Under the pieces are notes generated by a model. The model saw only the letters and a program-made list of their open reading frames with translations, was not told the DNA's origin and made no database searches. From Octopus bimaculoides (taxonomy: Eukaryota), in NCBI RefSeq assembly GCF_001194135.2, contig NC_068991.1, forward strand, positions 60,534,832-60,598,831: 64,000 bases of DNA, written 5' to 3'. Shown piece by piece: positions 22,011-31,650 of this stretch; position 1 is the stretch's first letter, and every line of letters starts with the position of its first letter. A program made the translations under genes and the position numbers.

Positions 22011-24082
22011 TGCGTTTGTACCACACTACTGCTTGACAGTGTTGGTTTGTTCAAGCACTCGTAACTTAGCAGTTCAATAAAAACGACTGATAGAAAAAGT
22101 ACCAGTCTTTAAAAAAATAAGTATTGGGGTTGATGTGTTCATCTAAACCCTTCAAGGCTAAAAGAAGACATTTTAAAGCTTTTGGTTCACTAATACTTGA
22201 TTTTCAACTGCAATAAGGTATTTTCAGCAGGTAGAAGTTCCTTGAACATCCTCTCATCACCACAAATCTCCAGTATAATGTTGTCACTTACTTCAGTACA
22301 ATATATTCTGGGTTTACAAAATGCGTGGTTTTTAAACCCAAGCTGAATTCCTTTTCAACTGTCAGAGTACTGAAGTGACTGGGCAAAGTTTAGAGAGCTA
22401 CTATCTTTGTTAGCAACAAAGGGCCTCTCACTCAGAGTGAACGGCAGATTGTATGATGCCTGTATACAAACAGCCTTGCTACAGGGCAGTGAGACATGGG
22501 CTGTGATTACTGAGGACATGCAAAGGCTTAAAAGACATGAAGTCAGCATGCCCCGCTGGACTGGTAATGTCTGGGGCAAATGAAAGCAAAATCATGATGG
22601 CACCTGTGCCCAGCATTGCCTTCCTGGCACGTGTAAAGACATTCGAGTGAGATCGTTGCCAGTGCCGCTGGACTGGCTCCTGTGCAGGTGGCACGTAAAA
22701 TACACCATTTCGAGCGTGGCTGTTGCCAGTACTTCCTGACTGGCCTTCATGTCGGTGGCACATAAAAGCACCCACTACACTCTTGGAGTGGTTGGCATTA
22801 GGAAGGACATCCAGCTGTAGAAACTCTGCCAAATCAGATTGGAGCCTGGTGTAGCCATCTGGTNNNNNNNNNNAACTCTGCCAAATCAGATTGGAGCCTG
22901 GTGTAGCCATCTGGTTCACCAGTCCTCAGTCAAATCGTCCAACCCATGCTAGCATGGAAAGCGGGCGTTAAACGATGATGATGACAGAGTGTAAGTGATT
23001 TGAGAGTAAAACTGGGTACATGAGACATCAGATGTAGTGTGCAAGAGAGAAGACTATGCTGGTATGGTCAAATGATGCATATAGAGGAGGACAGCTGCAT
23101 AAAGAAGTGCCTATCTCTAATAGTGGAGGACATGTGTGAAAGAGGTAGGCCCAGGAAGACATAGGATGAAGTGGTGAGAAGGGATCTTCAGATGTTGGGC
23201 CTCACAGAAGAGATGGCAAGAGACCAAGCTTCTGATGGTTTGCTGTGCTTGAGAAGACATCAAGCTAAGTAAAATTATGTCTGTCCATGCATACAGGCAT
23301 GTCCTCTACGTCCCTCTCTCAGCCAAGATATCCTAGTCTTGAAAGCTCATGGGTGCTGGTGCCACGTAAAAGTGTCCATACAGGTGCTATGTAAAAGCGC
23401 CAGTGCATACTGGAGTTTCAATACAGCTCGTTTCTCTTTAGTCTCACTTTAAGATGAATCCTAATATCAGTTCCAAGTACCCTTTATACTTTTTCTCTGC
23501 TGGAGAGATGGATAGATAGCTGGACAACAAACACTGGAGTTGTTTCTCCTGCTTACAATTTCTTGACAGCACTATAGGCCAGATACTGTGAATGACTTTA
23601 TGCCAGTCATTTGTGTAGGTCCTTTCTGTATGAGGTCTGTATCATAGCTTTGCACCAAACTACAGTTTTTATTGAAATTCAACATTCTAAATTCTGTTGT
23701 TCATGCTGGTGCATGCTGGATGCGTTTACTAACATCTTGGTTTTATGTTATCTCCACAGTGAGGGCTGAATTTCTAACATCTTACCCAACTACATATCAA
23801 GAATTCTATGATTTGCATATATTTAGACAATCTAATCTCAGGTCTATTGGATCAAAGCTGACTCGAGGGGTGGAGAATCAACAAGAGAAATAACTAGAGC
23901 AACAAACAATCATACCTTTGTTTATCTGTATCAGATGGTCCAGAACTTGACTCTTGAAGAGTGGAATGTTCTCCTGGAATTTCATTTGAAGTTTTATTTG
24001 TTCCATTTCGGTTTGGATCCCGTTTTGAGATTCCTGGAACAATCTTTGGTTTTATCTGTATTTTGGCACGTCTGGCAGTCAT
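710..24082 (-). CDS. BDP1: BDP1 (TFIIIB B'' subunit), spliced gene span, about 15 coding exons, about 1,020 aa
   Basis: Joined exons give PPDRSKMKMRDLIYWNP, FAVPQVKIGADGNIVINEESL and the SANT/Myb domain YGSFRK..KWSLKETKKFFLALSTVGTDFSMMSNLFPNKTRRDLKNKFKREERKN. These match human BDP1 as I recall it (PPDRSKMTMRDFIYY; VPRVKVAEDGSIILDEESL; WSNKETDMFFLAISMVGTDFSMIGQLFPHRARIEIKNKFKREEK). The N-terminus MTARRAKIQIKPK resembles MFRRARLSVKPN. All junctions are GT-AG and in phase except one unresolved junction near 13020/11795. Confidence 0.93.
1617..1787 (-). CDS. BDP1: BDP1 exon (QQLHFDEHLFEDKSESEDE...KKKQKK)
   Basis: Acceptor tgtgcag| is in phase. The donor G|gttaac is weak; reading through gives GGT TAA (stop at 1612). 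Confidence 0.85.
1980..2034 (-). CDS. BDP1: BDP1 exon (NKFKREERKNRWLIDKAI)
   Basis: End of the SANT domain; acceptor ataatag|, donor A|gtaagt. Confidence 0.93.
2658..2888. mobile_element. MITE-like hairpin element, 231 bp, 72-bp terminal inverted repeats, flanked by TTAA on both sides
   Basis: TTAA|GGGCATTACT...AGTAATGCCC|TTAA; arms 2658-2729 and 2817-2888 differ by one CpG-type mismatch. Confidence 0.88.
3249..3343 (-). CDS. BDP1: BDP1 SANT exon (ETKKFFLALSTVGTDFSMMSNLFPNKTRRDLK)
   Basis: Hallmark BDP1 SANT sequence; acceptor tcttcag|, donor AAG|gtcagt. Confidence 0.95.
4238..4362 (-). CDS. BDP1: BDP1 exon (LVISN...YSNYGSFRKYTPKSKWSLK)
   Basis: Start of the SANT domain; acceptor cttctacag|, donor G|gtaagt. 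Confidence 0.93.
4410..4760 (-). repeat. RTE 3'-UTR-type repeat with (GAT)n tail (family B)
   Basis: Shares GGCGTTAGGAAGGGCATCCAGCTGTAGAAAC...AACCCATGCTAGCATGGAAAGCGGACGTTAAACGATGATG with many other copies. Confidence 0.85.
5194..5535 (-). repeat. Family B copy, running into a gap that is followed by RTE coding sequence in the same orientation
   Basis: Near-consensus copy; its position suggests it is the 3' end of the 5957-6310 LINE. Confidence 0.85.
5536..5956. other. Assembly gap (others: 22864-22873, 28101-28301, 32124-32133, 35776-36173, 47325-47970)
   Basis: Runs of N, mostly next to (TA)n or repeat copies. Confidence 1.
5957..6310 (-). mobile_element. RTE-clade LINE fragment (region downstream of the RT domain)
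   Basis: Translates as CGRCSGAI..GEKLEVDDSFRYLGDQVSSGDGCAESVAARIRIAWAKFRELLPLL..KGRLYDASVRTAM, a typical RTE C-terminal-region sequence. Confidence 0.88.
6354..6503 (-). CDS. BDP1: BDP1 exon (SPEKK...EPFAVPQVKIGADGNIVINEE)
   Basis: Conserved motif; acceptor ttttacag|, donor AG|gtaatc. Confidence 0.93.
6583..6990 (-). repeat. Family B copy with an inserted (TTAGGG)3
   Basis: Same diagnostic motifs; ttagggttagggttaggg at about 6655-6672. Confidence 0.8.
7666..7775 (-). CDS. BDP1: BDP1 exon (KQKKPDLSEHPADKPPDRSKMKMRDLIYWNPVSSPM)
   Basis: Conserved BDP1 motif; acceptor gctttcag|, donor AA|gtaagt. Confidence 0.93.
8090..8530 (+). mobile_element. Two tandem tRNA-headed SINEs (family C, about 210 bp each)
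   Basis: GAGCTGGCAGAA..CTGAGTTCAAATTC..CTTTGCCTTTCATCC..AAGTACCAG..GGCCTTGTGC motif set present twice. Confidence 0.8.
8876..9002 (-). CDS. BDP1: BDP1 exon (TPPKVPRTMKDD...KTLPLRE), phase 2-0
   Basis: Acceptor ctattgcag|, donor GAG|gtaaag. Confidence 0.85.
9020..9200 (+). repeat. Degenerate (GTA/GTG)n microsatellite
   Basis: Visible trinucleotide periodicity. Confidence 0.85.
10236..10472 (-). CDS. BDP1: BDP1 exon (TKSPVSRRSKFQVRPKLG...GSSTD), 237 nt, phase 2-2
   Basis: Acceptor ttctgtctag|, donor CA|gtaaga. Confidence 0.87.
10519..10730 (-). mobile_element. Family C SINE
   Basis: Same motif set on the minus strand. Confidence 0.8.
11568..11795 (-). CDS. BDP1: BDP1 Ser/Pro-rich exon (DPTPLSAEPEASPSPKS...SKSQEL)
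   Basis: Acceptor aattttcag| (phase 2; an alternative phase-1 acceptor starts the exon at 11775); donor GA|gtaagt. Confidence 0.8.
13024..13235 (-). CDS. BDP1: BDP1 exon (QKVISRRSRFALQPKIG...VVVFQD); donor position uncertain
   Basis: Phase-2 acceptor ttatttcag|. Candidate donors follow 13024 (gtaaag, phase 1), 13017 (gtgtga, phase 2) and 13015 (gtgagt, phase 1). Confidence 0.8.
13689..14450 (-). CDS. BDP1: BDP1 large exon (KPVISRRSRFSVQPKI... plus 17-aa tandem repeats), 762 nt, phase 2-2
   Basis: Acceptor tttttcag|, donor CC|gtaagt, 254 open codons. Confidence 0.9.
15334..15545 (+). mobile_element. Family C SINE
   Basis: Same motif set. Confidence 0.8.
16085..16473 (+). mobile_element. Older family A SINE
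   Basis: Diverged head and tail motifs. Confidence 0.7.
17700..17968 (-). mobile_element. tRNA-headed SINE (family E), copy 1, carrying a hammerhead ribozyme motif
   Basis: Minus strand: A-box TGGCGTAGTGG, B-box GAGTTCGATTCC, an (AAT)n spacer, then GACAC-CTGATGA-A-GGCTG..CAACT-GAAA-TGTT-GTGTT. Confidence 0.85.
17762..17807 (-). ncRNA. Type I hammerhead ribozyme motif (core intact, stems degraded)
   Basis: GACAC CTGATGA A GGCTG gagggtatat CAACT GAAA TGTT GTGTT. Confidence 0.65.
18160..18420 (+). mobile_element. tRNA-headed SINE (family E), copy 2, inverted relative to copy 1
   Basis: A-box at about 18175-18185 and B-box at 18218-18229; alignable by eye with the reverse complement of 17700-17968. 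Confidence 0.85.
18327..18372 (+). ncRNA. Type I hammerhead ribozyme motif (degenerate copy)
   Basis: GACAC CTGATGA A GGCTA gagggtatat CAGCC AAAA CATT GTGTT; G12->A and the stem III G->A change both fit CpG decay. Confidence 0.65.
18541..18666 (-). CDS. BDP1: Probable BDP1 exon (LSESLEKVSSSALIKENIQKK...RKTDK), 126 nt, phase 2-2
   Basis: Acceptor tcttccag|, donor AG|gttgtg, open and in phase. It contains homopolymer runs and is skippable without a frameshift. Confidence 0.55.
19046..19602. mobile_element. Non-autonomous DNA transposon with 36-bp inverted repeats and a central TAACCC/GGGTTA core
   Basis: gatcttttttaaaacgggggccacatttttcattaa at 19046-19081 and its reverse complement at 19567-19602; (TAACCC)3-cac-GGTTAGGGTTA at about 19282-19312. 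Confidence 0.85.
20400..20852 (-). CDS. BDP1: BDP1 exon (NTKPIQQQSAFSLRPKTG...TSKPA), 453 nt, phase 2-2
   Basis: Acceptor ttcttcag|, donor GT|gtgagt, open frame. Confidence 0.85.
22355..22560 (+). mobile_element. RTE LINE fragment
   Basis: Same WAKFRELL..GRLYDACIQTALL.GSETW region, disrupted. Confidence 0.8.
22600..22985 (+). repeat. Family B copy
   Basis: Diagnostic motifs and (GAT)n tail; contains a 10-N gap. Confidence 0.85.
22985..23280 (+). mobile_element. RTE LINE fragment (ORF end, RGRPRKT motif, start of 3' UTR)
   Basis: GRPRKT-DEVV-type ending; similar to 29760-29940. Confidence 0.75.
23916..24082 (-). CDS. BDP1: BDP1 first coding exon (MTARRAKIQIKPKIVPG...DTDKQ)
   Basis: ATG at 24082 follows acceptor ttgttgtag|ACA; donor AG|gtatga, phase 2. 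Confidence 0.85.
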
Positions 24083-24115
24083 TGTCTACAACAAATAACA
24101 ACAATAATAATAACA

Positions 24116-24755
24116 ATGGTTTCAAATTTTAGCACAAGACCAGCAATTTCAGGGGAGGGGGTAAGTCAATTACAGTGACCCCAGTGCTCAATTGGTATTT
24201 ACTTCATCAACCCCAAAAGGATAAAGGGCAAAGTCAAACTCAGCAAAATTTGAACTTGTAACAGAAAGATGGACAAAATGCCACTGACAACTGATTCTAA
24301 CAGAGGTATAAGGTCTGAAACGGGTCAGTATTATTGACTGTTCTACTTCTGCCAAAGTACTTGGCTAGTTTTTGATTTTATCAAGACTAGAGAGATGAAT
24401 GGTAAAGATGATTTCAGCAGGATTTGAATTCGGAACAACAAGAGCAGGTACAAATTTCACAAAGTATTTAAATTTGATGCTCTTACAATTTTACAAATCC
24501 ATCACCCTAACAACAACAACAATTGTTCTGTTCTTTTACTTTTAAGGTGGCAAGTTCACAGAAACATTAGCACGCCGGATGAAATGCTTAGCGGTATTTT
24601 GTCTGTCTTTACATACAGAGTTCAAATTCTACCAGGGTCGACTTTGCCTTTCATCCTTTCGGGGTTCATAAATTAAGTACCAGTTGCATACTGGGGTTGA
24701 TCTAATTGACTGGCCCCCTCCCACAAAATTTCTGGCCTTGTGCCTAGAGTAGAAA
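24116..24755. mobile_element. Two oppositely oriented family C SINEs (about 24116-24300 minus, about 24545-24755 plus)
   Basis: Same motif set in both orientations. Confidence 0.75.
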
Positions 24756-24771
24756 AGAATTGTTCTTTTAG

Positions 24772-25090
24772 TTTTTACTTGTTTCAGTTATTAGACTGTG
24801 GCCATGCTGGAGCACCACCTTGACGAATGTGTATAGTTGAATGAATTGACCCTAGTACATATATTTTTAAGACTGGTACTTAGTCTACCAATATCTTTTG
24901 CCGAACCTCTAAGTTACGGGGACGAAAACAAACCAACACCGGTTGTCAAGCGGTGGCAGAAGGGAGGAAGCAGACACAAAGACACACCAAATCCACTCAC
25001 AAGGTTTGCTCAAGGTGCCACACAATGGGGCTGAACCCGGAACCATGTGGTTGAGAAGCAAGCTTCTTACCACACAGCCACGCCTATGCC
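24772..25090 (-). mobile_element. tRNA-headed SINE (family A), internally deleted
   Basis: Same head and tail on the minus strand. Confidence 0.8.
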
Positions 25091-25249
25091 TGTTGTTTAT
25101 AGTTTTGTTATGTGTTCTATAACCTCTACATGTTCTTGACCATTGCCATCACTGAGGATTGATCTTTGTGAGGAAGAACTCTGACCACTGTAATCTTTGC
25201 TACATGCCATCCAATGTAGAGGGTTATCAACAAGGTGGAAAAATCGGGA

Positions 25250-25460
25250 ATAAGTTACAAGAATAGCCAATCAAGCTAAAGAAAATGGACTAAAAGGAAG
25301 CTATCCACGAAAACTCACCCCACCCCCACCCATTCGATTACAATGTAAATCGAGTGTCCGGCAGACGTAAAGAATACGCACACCACCCGTTTTCGACGTA
25401 ACCCTAACCCTAACCCCTTACACACCGGGTGTGCGTATTCTTTATCTTCGCCGAGTGTCC
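25250..25460 (-). promoter_or_regulatory. Likely BDP1 non-coding first-exon donor and promoter region
   Basis: GG|gtgagt donor with GT at 25318-25317; the ATG exon is preceded by an acceptor, so an upstream exon is needed; CpG is locally retained compared with the gene body. Confidence 0.4.
25360..25452. mobile_element. 93-bp MITE-like element with a (TAACCC)3 core and an 8-bp flanking direct repeat
   Basis: GAGTGTCC at 25352-25359 and 25453-25460; termini GGC...GCC; inverted aaagaatacgcacacc / ggtgtgcgtattcttt. Confidence 0.7.
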
Positions 25461-28379
25461 CAGTAATGATCTACATCCGTGATCCCTGGAGGAATAAATA
25501 TCTTATCACTGTAACTATTATCACTAGGATGATGAAATAATAGCCGAAACGGTAGAATACTATAATAAATGCATTGCGGCATTTAGTTAAGTCCTTTTAA
25601 GTCAGAGTTCAAAGCACAATAAAGTCGAATACTGTCAAGTCTCCTGAAACGCTACTGTATTTGTATTCAGCATGCGGAACACATCCATGAGGTATTTCTG
25701 TCAGCCATACAGTAGAGTCTACTTAGCTTTCTATTCTTCGGGGTGGGGTGGGAGTATAAAATAAAAATAGGTACCAGTAAAAGAACTGTTGATTTAATCG
25801 ATTCTACACTTCCCCTGTCGCCAAATGTTAGGGTCTTCTACCAATATTAAAAACCCTTATATATTGTTTTTACTTTCGCCACCACTTAATTAAAAAAAAA
25901 AAAACTTACAAAGATCTTTTACTTCAATAGCCAAATATATTCTAAAACAGTATCACAGAATTCAGCTTCCACTCCCTGAACATATGCAGAAATGTCATAA
26001 ATTCTGGTCTTCGTTTATTATTCCTATAGAAAAGACAGTGTAAAACGGGCCGAAGTGTAATAGTGGTACCTATTTTAATGAACTTTCTGAGCAAATGAAA
26101 ATTTGTCCAACCTATAAAACTTTGGCTGAGAGCATTAACTTAAGACATAAACCAATGTCCCTTTCTCACTATCAGACAACTAATTAGAATATTTACAATA
26201 AAGTCTACGTCAAATGGACTGTTTGAGTCACGTTAGAGTAGTGGAAAATGTACTTAGAAGTATTTATCTCCAAGTGAACCAGTAAATGGGAGAATATTAA
26301 AACTAGTTAAGAAAGAAAAAGAAAACACAAGCAAATGATTTAGTAATAAAACGTTGATAACTTTAAAATGGTTTGGCGAGTTAAATTCATGGAGATAGGA
26401 CGAGCGAAAATAACCATTTAGAATGCCGACGTGACATAATTATCTAAAAAAAAAAAAAAAATGAATATAAGTAATTTTAAAAATCAATCTTATTGAAGAT
26501 TACCTAAAGGTACTATATGGATATAATAAATGAGTACCTCTTTATTTTGCGGTATATACTATCGTTTTAAAATTATTATCTAAAGAATGATATATATGGG
26601 ATTAATAGCTATTTCGTTATCGGTGTGTACACACGACACGGTGAAGCATGAATGGTCATAGAAAACGGCTTATGAAAATTATTTAATAAAAGCAATACCA
26701 GTCAGTCAGAAATAATAATTATCTTGAACGATACGTAACATAACAACAAAAACGTTTTACCTTAATAATTCAGAATAGTTATGAGTAGTATTTGCAATAA
26801 TTAATTTGAATTTAAATATCTATGAGTAAGACGTGTAAATAAAGAAATAATTTAAGTCTTTAAAGAAGACAACACACGCATTGACACATGCACGTATCGT
26901 GGAATTAGATGAACTACAAGGAATTGCCGGAAATTATTAAATACCTTCAATTATTGTATTAAATATTGATGTAGTAAAATAAATACAAAGTCAATATTCC
27001 ATGTACGCGTGTTCCGTTTATGTCGAGGCAACCCTCTAATCACATATATGCTGCCATCTTGATTACTGAAGCACATATATCTTCGTTAGCGGAATAGACG
27101 GTGTTACAATAAATTAATTCACCAATAAAATAAGAACATTTTTATTATAAACTTTCAGGACGTTGGTTCGGCAGAAACGGCAGAGTCGCCGATAAATTAA
27201 ATTAACAGTATTTAGTTTCAACACTTTGCGTTTTGAATTCAAACACTGTCCGGGATTAATTCAGTTTTTCGATTTTCAAGGACTAATATATTAAGAACCT
27301 GTCAAATGTTCACGAGAACCCCGTCGTTGGAGCTGTAAAGTGAAGGACAAAATGCTTTGCAAATTTTAGTTACATCCTTTTATATTTTATCTGAGTTCAA
27401 ATCCCACCAGGATTGGCTTCATGTTTTTTTATCCTTTCGACATTGATTTAATAGGTAAGAGTTATGAACTGGACCTATACAGTTGACTACATTTGTCCCC
27501 AACAAAATGTGTTTGCCTAATACCTGTCATCATTATCTTTTGGTGATTCTAGTCGAGGGAAACTACCCAACTCCTCCTTACGTTCCTACATTATGGTATG
27601 CATTTCATATGCAGAATTTCAAGCTGGTCAAGGCTTACAAGGGACAAATGATGACGCTAGTTCAACTTTTGCTTTAAAATAATGCTTAGCAAATTGAGGT
27701 GTGCATAACCTAACTATTTGTGAGATGAATAGTAACATTAGTATAAATTTGTTTAAATGCTGAATGTATTTTAGCGAAAGATCTGCATGCAAGATCATCA
27801 TCATCATCATCAATATTTAACACCATTTTCCATGCTGGCATGGGTTGGACGCCTTGAGAGTAACTGATAAGGCCTGAAGTCACACCAAATTCCATAGTTT
27901 GTTTTAGTTTGGTTTGTCCCCTAAAAATATTACCCATTCAGCCGAGTTTCAAAATAGGAATGAAAATGCCATGGAGATGGGAAGAGGGGTAAAATATAAA
28001 ATACTGAAATATTTAAAAAGAATTTTTCAAAATCGTAATTATCGTTGTATGAAACATAGGAATAATAATAAATTACTTGACCCTTTCCTTGCCCATGCAG
28101 NNNNNNNNNNNNNNNNNNNNNNNNNNNNNNNNNNNNNNNNNNNNNNNNNNNNNNNNNNNNNNNNNNNNNNNNNNNNNNNNNNNNNNNNNNNNNNNNNNNN
28201 NNNNNNNNNNNNNNNNNNNNNNNNNNNNNNNNNNNNNNNNNNNNNNNNNNNNNNNNNNNNNNNNNNNNNNNNNNNNNNNNNNNNNNNNNNNNNNNNNNNN
28301 NTATATATATATATATATATATATCCTCATCATCATCCTCATTTAAAGTCTATGTATCCCATACATACATACATACATA

Positions 28380-29160
28380 CAAGACAGTAAGGTGATTGTT
28401 GGTAATGAGTATAGTGAGGAATTCCGGGTAGAAGTAGGTGTTCACCAGAGACCAGTCCTCTGCACCCTCTTATTCATCAACAGAGGAATTCAAGATAGGC
28501 TACTCCTGGGAGCTCCTCTATGTTGATAATCTTGCTCTAATAGCTGATTCACTACCAGAACTAGAGATGAAGTTTCAGATGTTGAAGCAAGATCTAGAAT
28601 TGAAGTGCCTAAGAGTCAATCTAGCAAAACCCAAAGTCCTAGTAAGTAGGAAGACAGACAAATCACAAACCCCTTCAAGTAGATGACCCTGCTCAATCTG
28701 TAGAAAAGGCATAGGTAGAAACTCCATATGATGTACCCGGTGTAAGCTATGGACACAAGAGGTGCAGCAATATTGAAGAAAGGTTAACCAGGAAGATAAT
28801 TTTTGTGTGTGGCAGATGCACAGAGGCAATAAATACCAAAAATGTACAGAAAACAGATTCCATCACATGCCAGGGGGAGAAACTAGAAGTAGTTGATAGC
28901 TTCCGCTACCTAGGTGACAAAGTCTGTAGTTGGGGTGGATGTTTAGAGAGCGTAGCCGCTAGAATAAGAATAACCTGAGCAAAGTTTAGAAAGCTCCTAC
29001 CACTGCTGGTAACAAAGGGCCTAGTGAAAAGTAGACTCTATGATGCAAGTGTGCAAATAGCCATGCTACATGGCAGTGAAACATGGGCCATTACTGCTGA
29101 GGACATGCGTAGACTTGAAACAAATGAAGCTAGTATAATCCACCTTGAGAGAAAAGTTAG
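28380..29160 (+). mobile_element. Degenerate RTE LINE (RT domain end and C-terminal region)
   Basis: HQRPVLCTLLF, ELLYVDNLAL (degenerate YADD), RVNLAKPKV, SFRYLGD; stops and frameshifts present. Confidence 0.88.
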
Positions 29161-29690
29161 GCATAGTCCAACTTTTCTCTCAGGGCACTTACACTGTTGT
29201 GTATGCACACTGACATTACACATCCAGCAGATCATACTAGCTTCATTTGTTTCAAGTCTACACATGTCCTCGGCAGTAATGGCCCATATTTCACTACTGT
29301 GTAGCATGGCTGTTCGCACACATGTATCATAATGTCTACTTTTCACTCTGAGTGAGAGACTATGGTGCTGCTATGCCAGTCATTGGTTATGACGCCTTCG
29401 TGAACTACCTGGTTTACAATACAGGTGACTAGACCATAACCCACACCCTCAGATATTTTAAGCATCTCAGTAGTGATTCCTAATGGGCCAGGTGCTTTCC
29501 CTGTCTTCATATCATTAATTACTTTATTTATCAGGGTACTGTTGATGCGAGTAGCTGGTTCCTCAATTGAGTCAATGTTTGGCAGGCTCGCCTCCTCCCA
29601 TTCATTCTCCATGTTCAGCAGATTTTCATAATGGCATCTCCAAGCCTTTTTCTTTGCAGAATCATTAAATGCAAATGCACCATGATCCAT
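29161..29690 (-). mobile_element. Degenerate RTE LINE, opposite orientation, internally deleted
   Basis: KKAWRCHYENLLN..MKTGKAPGPLGITTEMLK (start of RT) joined to SRHYDTCVRTAMLHSSEIWA. Confidence 0.88.
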
Positions 29691-29759
29691 GTGGATACGT
29701 TTCCCTCCTATGACATCTCAATTTTCTCTCACACACTGTTTTGTATGTATGTATGTATG

Positions 29760-30200
29760 TATCAGAGGCATCAGATGTGGTGTGCAAGAGAGACGACTGC
29801 ACTGGTATGGTCATGTGCTACGTATAGATGAGGACAGCTGTGTGAAGAAGTGTTACACCCTAACAGTAAAAGGAACCTGTGAAAGGGGTAGACCCAGGAA
29901 GACATGGGATGAGGTGATGAAGCACAGCCTTTGAACATTGGGCCTCCAAGAGCGTAGTTCCTAGAATAAGAATAAGCTGGGAAAAGTTCAGAGATCTTTT
30001 ACCTTTGTTCAGAGTGAAAGGTAGACTGTATGATGCCTGTGTACGAACAGCCATGCTACACTGCTGTGAAACATGGGCTGTGACTGCTGAGGACATGTGA
30101 AGGCTTGAATGAAATGAAACTAGTATGCTGTGCTGGAGATGATGACAAGTGATCGAGATCTTTGGCAATTTGCTGCGCTTGAGAAGACACATCAACAGGG
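29760..30200 (+). mobile_element. RTE LINE fragments (RRLHWYGHVLR..RGRPRKTW; WEKFRDL..YDACVRTAML)
   Basis: Recognisable RTE C-terminal motifs in rearranged order. Confidence 0.85.
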
Positions 30201-31261
30201 AAGGTCACCATTGGACAATTCATTTAGTTTCTCAGCAAAGATGTCCATCTAATATGGGATTCCAAAACTGGGGTTAGCTCAGTATTCAGAAACACAACTG
30301 GGTCATAAAAACAGTGTCTTTCCATGTAATTATCAGAGATTTTCCCACCCAGAAAGTAATAACATAAGCTTGAAAAAACTGGTCAATAGTTGGACACCCA
30401 ATTTAAACCAACCCTTTAAAATCAATATCTTGCATGCAGATGTGGACATTTCCTATAAGGCTTCAAAAATGAATAGATGTTTGTTAGACTCTGTTGATTC
30501 TGGATTAGAACATATTTGTTTTCACTATAATTTCAAAAATTCTAGGGATGAGAAATAAATTTGAAGAAGGGCTATTTTGTGAAAAAATTGTAATTTTTGT
30601 TCTACCACTTTGCTAACTTACCAACCCATTCACTCTGTCCTGTTTTCTGAACCATTTTAGTTATATTCACCTTCCTGTAACTTGAGGGTACTCCTAGACA
30701 CTTCTTCAGTTATCTTCCCTCCAACTGGGGTAGCTATTTATCTTCTCTATACCAAAGCATGCATTTTCTATCCCTCTATCATACTTTAGTCTCTCATCGC
30801 CTGGCATAAAGCCACCTCTCTCAGCACTACACACCTTCAATCAAGGAATCTCATCTTGCAAATTACTTGATGATCTAACAAGTACTAATGCTACAGAAAA
30901 AGCACCCAATACACTCTGTTAAGTGAATCAATTAGAAAGGGCATCCAGCCATAGAAACCATACCAAAGTAGACTTTGAAGCTCAACATGGCACTGTCAAA
31001 CTATCCAACCCATGCCAGCACAGAAAATGGATATTAAACGATAATGATGATGATCTGTAATTGTATACGTTTCAATTAGTGTTGCTAACGAAGTCGTCTA
31101 ATTCACAATACTGATCTGGTTTCGATAGATATTTGTTCATCATTCATTCAGGAATAAGTGAAAAAATAACATTGTTATGAGCTATTTTTATCGTTGTTTG
31201 AACTTACTAAAATGTTTAAAATGTTTTCTTGGTTGTTTTGCAAATTACTGAAAAAGGAAGA

Positions 31262-31650
31262 TTGCTTTTACTTCTTTCAGTCAATACACTGAGACCATAC
31301 TGGAGCACAGACTTGAAGGGTTTATTTGGACAAATTATCTCCACTACTTACATTTAAGCTTGGCAATTTTTTTTACTGGTTTCTTTACCAATCCCTTAAG
31401 TTATGGGGATGTAAACAAACCAACACTGGTTGTCAAGCAAGTAGAGACAGAAAAACAAACTCAAAGACACATCCACCCACCCACACATATATAAATATAT
31501 ATGACAGACATCCACAGTTTCCCTCTACCAAATCCACTCACAAGGAATTTGCCACTCCTGAGCTACTGTAGAAGACACTCGCTCAAGACGCCATAGAGTG
31601 TGATTGAACCCAAAAGCACATGGTTGCAAAGTGAGCTTTTTAACCACACA
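31262..31650 (-). mobile_element. Older family A SINE
   Basis: Diverged head and tail motifs. Confidence 0.7.

Noticed and set aside
22822-22916. About 42-bp direct repeat on both sides of a 10-N gap
   Set aside because: Typical unmerged contig overlap, so an assembly artefact.
25524-25555. ggATGATGAaataatagccGAAACggtag, a hammerhead-like spacing
   Set aside because: No C3 and stem II cannot pair; at most a remnant.
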